Shown in pieces: positions 57,134 to 64,000 of a stretch of 64,000 bases of DNA. The notes below the pieces were generated by a model that saw nothing but the letters and a program-made list of their open reading frames with translations, did not search any database and had not been told where the DNA came from. Position 1 is the stretch's first letter. Each line of letters starts with the position of its first letter. Both the position numbers and the translations under genes were made by a program. The DNA comes from Candidatus Dojkabacteria bacterium (GTDB lineage Bacteria; Patescibacteriota; Dojkabacteria; J137): contig JBDTVZ010000003.1 in NCBI GenBank assembly GCA_040006935.1, forward strand, positions 139,988 through 203,987, given 5' to 3'.

Positions 57134-59428
57134 TTACCAAATAGTATACATTAAACTTCTAAAATCACCTTTGCCCTTAGGCACTTCACTCCAAATCTTT
57201 TCTGTTATAAATGGAATGAATGGATGTAGCATTTTTAGGTATTCTTTTAGAGTATATAACAAAATATTTTTCATCTCTTCTTTTTCTTCTTTACTAGGCT
57301 CAGAAATAATTTCTCCTGTTTCTTTATTCTTAACTACATTTATATGCTTCTTACTTTCTTCAATAAGAATGTCACAGAATGTGTGCCAGAACTCATCATA
57401 AAGAGTTTCTGTCGCATAACCAAATTCAAAACTATCAATATTTTTAGTAACCTTTTCTTTTACAGATTTAATATGTTCAAATATTTTCTTTGAAAGATCT
57501 AATTTTAATTCTTTCTCATTCAATTCTTGATTAACAGCTTCAAGATCCTGCATTACAAACTTTGATGCATTCCAAAGCTTATTATTAAACTGTTTAAAGT
57601 TCTTTAACTTGTCTGGAGAAATTACATAAGATCCACCAGCAGAATTCTGATAAAAATAAGCCATTCTTAAAGCATCGCTTCCATATTCTGTTTTAATTTG
57701 GTCTACATCTATAATATTGCCTTTAGATTTACTCATTTTCTGACCATCTTTCCCTAAAACTAAACCAGTTAGAAATAAATGTTTGAAAGGAATTTGTTTG
57801 TGTTTAAAATATGTAAACATCATCATTCTAGAATCCCAGTTTTCTAAAATATCTGAAGCAGAAACTAAAACACTTGTTGGAAAAAATTTATCCATCAAAT
57901 TGTATTTAGTTAAAGTTGCGTAAACCCATTGTCCGGAGCTAAACCAGGTATCTAAAACATTTTCATCTTGCATCCAACCCGCACCTGGATTTTCTTTTTG
58001 AACTTTTAGATGATTAGGATTTGAATAATCTAATTCTTTTTTTTCACCATTTACTTCAATAAATTCTTTTACTAAGCCTTGGTCATCTATTTCTTCGAAA
58101 ACTTTTCCAGCATACCAAACTGGAAGCCTGTATCCCCACCATAAACTTCTCGAAATTGCCCAGTCTCTAAGATTATCCATCCAATGATTAAACTTTTGTA
58201 CCATATTGTCAGGATGAATTTGAACATCTCCTTTCTTTACCATGTCTATCGCAGCTTCTTTTAAGCCATCATATTTTAAATACCATTGAGAAGACATTAA
58301 AGGTTCTACAATCGCTTTTGTTCTTTCTGTAATTAAAATATTTTGTTTTATAGATTCTTCTTTTTCTAATTGCCCTGCCCCTTTTAAATCCTCAATAATT
58401 TCAGGAAGAGCTTCTTTGTATTTTCTTCCTTTATATTTTTCTGGAGTCAATCCAACTAATTTGAGTTCTTGCGAAACAACGTTTCGATAACTAATTTTTT
58501 TATCAGGATTTGTTGAGTTCCATTCCATCATAATTTGATAGTCATCTTGTGCATGTGCAGGAGTAATTTTTAAAGCACCTGTTCCAAAGTCAGTTAAAAC
58601 TCTTGGACTTGTAATAACCGGAATTTCAATACTAGTTAAAGGAATTATTAAAGTTTTTCCAATAAAATCTTTGAACCTCGAATCTTTTGGATTAACAGCA
58701 ACTGCAGTATCTCCAAACATTGTTTCTGGTCTTGTTGTTGCAACAGTTATAAAGTCATCGGAATCTAAGATTTTATATTTAATATAATAAATCTTTCCAT
58801 CTCTTTCTTCCCTTAAGCATTGATTATCTGCAACTGCAGTTCTAGCTTTCGGATCCCAATTTACAATTCTAACTCCTTTATAAATTCGACCATCTTTATA
58901 CATTTCTACAAATGTATCTAAAACGATTTTTACAATTTCTGGGTCTAATGTGAAAGTATCTCTTTCAAAATCAGCGGATAATCCAATTTCTCTTTCGTCC
59001 TTAGCAGCAATATCAATATTTTTCATAAAGAATTCCATCATTTCTTTATAAAAATCTTCTCTATTCATTTCAAATTTATTTCTACCTTGCTTTTCCAAAA
59101 CCTCTCGAACAAAAACACCTTCGCCTTCTAATCCTGCATGATCTTTTCCAGGTAAAACTAAAACTTTTTTACCCTGCATACGAGCGTAACGAGCCATAGC
59201 ATCTTGATAGGCATATCCAGAAATATTACCAACATGAGGACGTGCGTATGCATTGGGTGGCGGACAAATTAAAGTCCAAGCCTCTCTAACATCAGATTTC
59301 ATTTCTTCTGTGGATTTAACTTTATCAACAACAGGATCAAACTCTGGTTTGTAGAATTTATTGTCTAGCCAAAATTTTAGAATCTTTGGTTCCTCTATCT
59401 GAGGATTGTAGGGACCATCTGTAAGCAT
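57134..59428 (-). CDS. valS: Valyl-tRNA synthetase, short form (764 aa; no long C-terminal coiled-coil).
   Basis: CPPPNAYARPHVGN (PPPN...HxGH region), KDHAG, TTRPETMFGDTAVAVNPKD (CP1 editing), DWAISRSLWWGYRLPVWY and KMSKSKGN. Confidence 0.85.
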   Translation of the reverse strand: MLTDGPYNPQIEEPKILKFWLDNKFYKPEFDPVVDKVKSTEEMKSDVREAWTLICPPPNAYARPHVGNISGYAYQDAMARYARMQGKKVLVLPGKDHAGLEGEGVFVREVLEKQGRNKFEMNREDFYKEMMEFFMKNIDIAAKDEREIGLSADFERDTFTLDPEIVKIVLDTFVEMYKDGRIYKGVRIVNWDPKARTAVADNQCLREERDGKIYYIKYKILDSDDFITVATTRPETMFGDTAVAVNPKDSRFKDFIGKTLIIPLTSIEIPVITSPRVLTDFGTGALKITPAHAQDDYQIMMEWNSTNPDKKISYRNVVSQELKLVGLTPEKYKGRKYKEALPEIIEDLKGAGQLEKEESIKQNILITERTKAIVEPLMSSQWYLKYDGLKEAAIDMVKKGDVQIHPDNMVQKFNHWMDNLRDWAISRSLWWGYRLPVWYAGKVFEEIDDQGLVKEFIEVNGEKKELDYSNPNHLKVQKENPGAGWMQDENVLDTWFSSGQWVYATLTKYNLMDKFFPTSVLVSASDILENWDSRMMMFTYFKHKQIPFKHLFLTGLVLGKDGQKMSKSKGNIIDVDQIKTEYGSDALRMAYFYQNSAGGSYVISPDKLKNFKQFNNKLWNASKFVMQDLEAVNQELNEKELKLDLSKKIFEHIKSVKEKVTKNIDSFEFGYATETLYDEFWHTFCDILIEESKKHINVVKNKETGEIISEPSKEEKEEMKNILLYTLKEYLKMLHPFIPFITEKIWSEVPKGKGDFRSLMYTIW

Positions 59429-59447
59429 AATAAGATTGTAAAAGTTA

Positions 59448-59807
59448 TCAGTTATCAGAAATCAGATTTTTCTGAAAAGAGTAAATCATTTTTCTAATTT
59501 CTATTATCTCACTTTGAATTTTAATTTTCGTGTCTTCTTTTATTAATAATAATTTGAATGAGATTTCAATGAAAGTAAATAATTCATTTAATGAGCCTAC
59601 CGCAATGTTCATAAAGTTAATAAAATCTTTCTTTGTTCTTCTGCCAGCACCTTCGGCAATATTTGCCGGAACAGAAGTGGAGCATCTTCTTATTTGAGAA
59701 ATAAGTCCATATTTTTCTGACTCTGGAAAAGTTTTAGTAATTCTGTAAATCTCAACAGAAAGATCCAATGATCTTTTCCAAATATTCATCTTAGTAAAAT
59801 CTTGCAT
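59448..59807 (-). CDS. Four-helix-bundle protein of the 23S-rRNA-intervening-sequence protein family.
   Basis: ...IWKRSLDLSVEIYRITKTFPESEKYGLISQIRRCSTSVPANIAEGAGRRTKKDFINFMNIAVGSLNEL matches the family consensus. The start is assigned to an internal Met (59807); the tracked start at 59909 adds a non-conserved extension. Confidence 0.7.
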   Translation of the reverse strand: MQDFTKMNIWKRSLDLSVEIYRITKTFPESEKYGLISQIRRCSTSVPANIAEGAGRRTKKDFINFMNIAVGSLNELFTFIEISFKLLLIKEDTKIKIQSEIIEIRKMIYSFQKNLISDN

Positions 59808-60076
59808 TTCTGATAGCTGAAAACTGATATCTGAGGACTGTTTGTACAGTGTTACCACCTCTATTCCGCAAGTGAAGCTTGCAGCACTCATTAATGCTAT
59901 AACGGGCAACCCGGAAAGTTCTACTTAATTTCTTCTTTCTACATTCCTTAGTGACGTTAGGCTAAGGTTTATCGTATTTATGAGATTATACAGTGGGTAT
60001 TTGTAATTTACAATAATATTTACAAAGTATAATTATTACTGATAATATAGAGTAATTATCCTTTAGTTTAATTCAA

Positions 60077-60616
60077 ATGACAGATACTAAATCCAATACT
60101 GTTAAAGAACAGGCAAATCAATTTATTAACAAAATGAGTAATGATTATCTTGTAATAAGGAATTTATTAGGATTATCGTGTTTTGCGCTAGCATTTGGCT
60201 TATTTTTATCCTACGCATTTGTTAGAGGAGATCTAGTTAAAACTGCAGTGGCATTAATGGGAATTGTAGTTATGTTTTTAGGGTCTGGACTTATTTTAGA
60301 ATTCATTTTAAAAACTGTTGCACTTGAAAATAATCCCAATGTTAAGAGATTCAGTGCATTATTCTCTGTGAATATGATTTTAGGATTGGCAGTCCCATTA
60401 TTCATCATCAACATGATTATGTGGGGAGTTGTTCAACTATTTTCTCAAATAACTAATTACGGAACTGCATTATGTGAAATTAGACAAAGTTTTGTGAGGT
60501 TCTACTATTACAATGGAATTTTCTTTACTGTGAATGAATTTATTAAGTTAGTTGTAGTGACTTCATTTTTCGTATTTGTATTTGGAGCTTTGGTAGAAAG
60601 ATACTGGAAGAAATAA
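60077..60616 (+). CDS. Hypothetical membrane protein, about 4 TM.
   Basis: Hydrophobic helices; followed by a strong terminator. Confidence 0.5.
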   Translation: MTDTKSNTVKEQANQFINKMSNDYLVIRNLLGLSCFALAFGLFLSYAFVRGDLVKTAVALMGIVVMFLGSGLILEFILKTVALENNPNVKRFSALFSVNMILGLAVPLFIINMIMWGVVQLFSQITNYGTALCEIRQSFVRFYYYNGIFFTVNEFIKLVVVTSFFVFVFGALVERYWKK

Positions 60617-60631
60617 TCTTACCAAGACATT

Positions 60632-60659
60632 AAAAAAGGCCGATTGCTCGGCCTTTTTT
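60632..60659. terminator. Bidirectional rho-independent terminator between the membrane-protein gene and pyk.
   Basis: aaaaaa-ggccg-attgct-cggcc-tttttt. Confidence 0.7.
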
Positions 60660-60673
60660 CTAATAAATTTCAA

Positions 60674-62068
60674 TTAGATGTTTATCACTTCAAAGATATT
60701 TGGGAAGTACTCACCCCCTCCAAATGGAGTTTTACAGATTAAAAGTACTTTTTCTCCCTTATTCACAAACCCTTCCTTTAAAGATTTCTCTACGATACTT
60801 TTAATTGCAGCATCTCTATCTGTATGAGTTTCTTCTTGTACAAATGCATTAAAGATTCCCTTGCTCAACATTAAGGTTCTCATGTAAAAATCTGAGCTTA
60901 CAAATGCATAAATAGGTTGTTTGATAGAATGTCTTCCAAGCAATCTAGCAGTTGTACCGGACTTAGAAACTACAATTACTTTACTAATTTCGTCTTCAGA
61001 ATTAATACATAATTCCGCAGCAGCTTTTGTTAAAGCATCGGTGGAATTTGTTGAGTGTGCCTTATATTTTACAATTTGAGGTTCAATCTGAGGTTCTATC
61101 TCGGTTGCAATTTTTGTCATATATTTTACCGCCTCAACAGGATATTCGCCTGTAGTAGTTTCTGCAGACAACATAATTGCATCTGTTCTTAATAAAATTG
61201 CAGTAGCTACATCGTTTACTTCTCCTCTTGTTGGCCTTGGATTGCTAATCATAGATTCGAACATTTGAGTTGCAGTAATTACTGGCTTTCCTGCTTCGTT
61301 ACACTTTCTAATTAACATTCTCTGCACCATTGGAACTTTTTCCAATCCTAATTGAAGCCCTAAATCTCCTCTCCCGATCATAATTCCATCAACCTCTGGA
61401 AGAATTTCATCAATGTTATCTACTCCTTGTTGGTTTTCGATTTTTGCAATTAATTTCATTTTATCTCCCATCACAGCTCTCACTTCTTTTGCGGCGGCAG
61501 CACTTCTAATGAAAGATGCCGAGACAAAATCCCAATTTAGGTCTATACAATGTTTAATATTTTCTTTATCTTTCTCTGTTAACGTAGTGGCACCGTATTC
61601 TGCGTTAGGAATTGTTATGCCTTTTGCAGGTTTCAAAACATTCCCATAAGTTACTTCACAATGCATTTGTCCATCTTTAATTTCTTTTATAATCAATTCT
61701 GTATCTCCATCGCCTACTATAATTCTTTGCCCAGCTTTTAAGTATTTATATAAATCTGGGTAACTAAGTGGGTATATTTCATCCTTGTCTGAAGATCCTA
61801 TAATTACTGGATCACCAATATTCAAATGCTTTTCTTCTGCGAATTTATTTAATCTAATTTGCGGACCTTTAACATCAATCATTAATGAAACTCTATCGCT
61901 TACATCTCGAACTAGCTTGCTTACTTTCTCTAGTTCTTCTCTATCGGCAAATGCTCCATTAACTCTTGCAACATTCATACCTGATTCGATCATATTTTTC
62001 ATTACTGTTGGATCCCATGTTGAAGGTCCAATTGTTACAACTATCTTCGTTTTTTTATTATAGTCCAT
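60674..62068 (-). CDS. pyk: Pyruvate kinase.
   Basis: TKIVVTIGPST..., MVARGDLG-like IMIGRGDLGLQLG, the catalytic core and a C-terminal regulatory domain. Confidence 0.9.
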   Translation of the reverse strand: MDYNKKTKIVVTIGPSTWDPTVMKNMIESGMNVARVNGAFADREELEKVSKLVRDVSDRVSLMIDVKGPQIRLNKFAEEKHLNIGDPVIIGSSDKDEIYPLSYPDLYKYLKAGQRIIVGDGDTELIIKEIKDGQMHCEVTYGNVLKPAKGITIPNAEYGATTLTEKDKENIKHCIDLNWDFVSASFIRSAAAAKEVRAVMGDKMKLIAKIENQQGVDNIDEILPEVDGIMIGRGDLGLQLGLEKVPMVQRMLIRKCNEAGKPVITATQMFESMISNPRPTRGEVNDVATAILLRTDAIMLSAETTTGEYPVEAVKYMTKIATEIEPQIEPQIVKYKAHSTNSTDALTKAAAELCINSEDEISKVIVVSKSGTTARLLGRHSIKQPIYAFVSSDFYMRTLMLSKGIFNAFVQEETHTDRDAAIKSIVEKSLKEGFVNKGEKVLLICKTPFGGGEYFPNIFEVINI

Positions 62069-62205
62069 AAAATTTTATAAAAATTATCTAATATCAATGT
62101 GAAATTGTAGCATAAAGCCTCTAGTATTTTCTCTAAAATAGGACTAGAAAACAATATGGTCGACATGTTATTCTTTATTGGCGATTTTATTTATTATCTA
62201 TTTTT

Positions 62206-62418
62206 ATGAAAGACTCTATTGAAGAAAACGGAACTGTTGAAAAGTTAGGTGAGATTAATAATCCATTGGTAGAAATTCCTGTCGATGAAATTGCTAAGTA
62301 CAGAGAATTAATAAATAGTGCAAGAATTTCATCAGTAGTAAAAGAAGAATTAACAAGTATGTTGATTGAAGGGAATACAAATTTCCTAAATGCATTTGAA
62401 GCATATACTTCAATTTAA
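62206..62418 (+). CDS. Small hypothetical protein of 70 aa.
   Basis: An ORF in the pyk-eno intergenic region with no recognisable similarity; it could be non-coding. Confidence 0.25.
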   Translation: MKDSIEENGTVEKLGEINNPLVEIPVDEIAKYRELINSARISSVVKEELTSMLIEGNTNFLNAFEAYTSI

Positions 62419-62426
62419 TTTTAATA

Positions 62427-62452
62427 CTACACCTCTCAACTTGGAGGTGTAG
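62427..62452. terminator. Terminator-like perfect 9-bp hairpin downstream of eno.
   Basis: ctacacctc-tcaacttg-gaggtgtag; the flanks are A/T-rich but lack a clean U-run. Confidence 0.45.
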
Positions 62453-62460
62453 TAAAATAC

Positions 62461-63702
62461 CTATAATTCTTCCTCAATTCTTAATAATTCATTGTACTTA
62501 GCGGTCCTCTCTCCTCTACTGGGTGCTCCTGTTTTAATTTGTCCACAGCCAGTTCCAACTGCAATATGAGAAATTGTTACATCTTCAGTTTCTCCACTTC
62601 TGTGAGAAATTACATTGTTCCAGCCAGCATCCGAAGACATCTTCATTGCGTTTAGAGTCTCTGTCAATGTTCCAATTTGATTAACTTTAACAAGTAATGC
62701 GTTACATGCTTTTTCTACAATTCCTTTCTCTACTCTCTTTACGTTTGTAACTAATAAATCATCTCCAACAATTTGGATTTTACTTCCAACTTTCGCTGTA
62801 AATGCTGTCCAATGTGACCAATCATCTTCTGCAAATGGATCCTCAATACTTCTAAAAGGATATTTTTCGACCCATCCTTCTAATGTAGCCATCCATTCAT
62901 CTGCAGATAACTCCTTGTTTTCAGTTTTTAAAGTGTAAGTTCCTTTTTCTGCATTGTAAAATTCACTAGAAGCAACGTCGATTGCAAAGAATATATCTTT
63001 TCCTAATTCATAACCAGCTTTTGAAATAGCTTCAGAAATTACCGTAAATGCTTCCTCATTATTTTTAAACCCTGGAGCATATCCACCTTCGTTTCCAATG
63101 TTTATGTTCAAACCTTTCTCTTCTAAGATTTTTCCTAAGTTTAGGAAGATTTCACAAGCAGCTCTTAATTGTTCGTGGTATGGTTTATTCTCTACAACAA
63201 TCATAAACTCTTGAATATCAGTTGCCCAGTTTGCATGCTTTCCTCCATTCATAATATTGAACATTGGACTTGGAAGTTTCATTTCTGGTTTTCCATAAAT
63301 TTCGTTTACATATTTATACAATGGAATTTTTTGAGATGCTGCCATTGCGTGTGCAAAAGCTAATGAGATTCCTAAAATTGCATTTGCTCCTAAAACAGAT
63401 TTAGTTTCAGTTCCATCTTTTTGAATTAACCAAGAGTCTAATGCATCTTGAGTATCAAACATCATTGCAGATAATTCTTCGCTTAAATTATTTACATTCG
63501 CTACTGCTTTGTTAACAGACTTTCCTAAAAAGTTAGATTTGTCCCCATCTCTAAGTTCTAGAGCCTCGTGAGTTCCAGTAGATGCCCCGCTTGGAATTGC
63601 AGCTCTTCCCATAGATCCGTCTTCTAAGTAAAGGTCAACTTCGATTGTTGGAGTCGCTCGAGAATCGATAATTTGCCTTGCGTGAACTTTTCTAATTTTC
63701 AT
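62461..63702 (-). CDS. eno: Enolase (phosphopyruvate hydratase).
   Basis: MKIRKVHARQIIDSRATPTIEVDL..., SHRSGETED, VKVNQIGTLTET. Confidence 0.95.
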   Translation of the reverse strand: MKIRKVHARQIIDSRATPTIEVDLYLEDGSMGRAAIPSGASTGTHEALELRDGDKSNFLGKSVNKAVANVNNLSEELSAMMFDTQDALDSWLIQKDGTETKSVLGANAILGISLAFAHAMAASQKIPLYKYVNEIYGKPEMKLPSPMFNIMNGGKHANWATDIQEFMIVVENKPYHEQLRAACEIFLNLGKILEEKGLNINIGNEGGYAPGFKNNEEAFTVISEAISKAGYELGKDIFFAIDVASSEFYNAEKGTYTLKTENKELSADEWMATLEGWVEKYPFRSIEDPFAEDDWSHWTAFTAKVGSKIQIVGDDLLVTNVKRVEKGIVEKACNALLVKVNQIGTLTETLNAMKMSSDAGWNNVISHRSGETEDVTISHIAVGTGCGQIKTGAPSRGERTAKYNELLRIEEEL

Positions 63703-64000
63703 TGCTTAGTTTTAAAAAATAATTAAATTCGAATGTAAAACACCTGATTATAGTTTTTTAGAGATTTGTTTTCAACTCAAATTGTTGATGATTTGTACAG
63801 ACAGATATTCAGATTTCACATTTACCTGTTATAATCCTAGTAAATCTAAATGCTTGGTGGCTTTGGATTCGAATGGTATCCAGGAAACTGGTGCACGATC
63901 TTTAAAAATCCGGTGTACTAAAATATACGTCGAAAAGAGTTCATGATTATTCAGGGATTCTTTTCGACGTATAGAAATAACACCTAATTGTGAACGACAA

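Noticed and set aside
1-64000. CRISPR arrays, transposases/IS elements, and rRNA/tRNA genes.
   Set aside because: No regularly spaced direct repeats, no transposase-like ORF and no tRNA cloverleaf or rRNA signature were found on reading. The GC-rich islands were tested for tRNA-like T-arms and failed.
1-64000. An alternative genetic code (UGA recoding as in some CPR lineages).
   Set aside because: Conserved genes (recA, rpoA, valS, eno, pyk) are intact full-length ORFs under the standard code, with stops where expected.

Overview
This 64 kb window is AT-rich, bacterial, uses the standard genetic code (long ORFs are intact without recoding) and has frequent 4-nt ATGA stop/start overlaps. Its gene content loosely resembles a Patescibacteria/CPR-type genome (archaeal-type TyrRS, extended ribosomal proteins, trigger factor without a PPIase domain); that resemblance is inference. 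Housekeeping genes: tyrS (5'-partial), recA, recF, tig, the rpsI-rplM / rplQ-rpoA-rpsD-rpsK-rpsM-rpmJ-infA ribosomal block, valS, pyk and eno. There are also Fic, HD, NUDIX and YraN family proteins, an ECF sigma factor with a putative anti-sigma partner, an OatA-like acyltransferase and a C39-like peptidase. The main accessory feature is a ~22 kb cell-surface glycan biosynthesis and export island (about 30.9-52.3 kb; about 55.1 kb including the adjacent S8 protease). It encodes more than ten GT2/GT4 glycosyltransferases and three SAM methyltransferases. It has two lipid-linked-sugar modules: a DPM1/ArnC-like GT2 with a PMT/ArnT-like GT-C and an SMR-pair putative flippase, and a UbiA-family decaprenyl-phosphate phosphoribosyltransferase-like enzyme with a PAP2 phosphatase and a large GT-C, in the same order as mycobacterial aftB-ubiA-Rv3807c. 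A Wzm/Wzt ABC exporter whose Wzt carries a C-terminal extension, and an S8 protease fused to a 7x WxxW propeller-like repeat, complete the island. Three GC-rich, hairpin-dense non-coding islands sit at convergent gene junctions (about 1.39-1.56 kb, 12.96-13.32 kb, 24.52-24.70 kb); one has perfect 10-bp terminal inverted repeats. A cluster of ACATTGGAT-type palindromic repeats lies upstream of fic. No CRISPR array, transposase or rRNA/tRNA gene was recognised.
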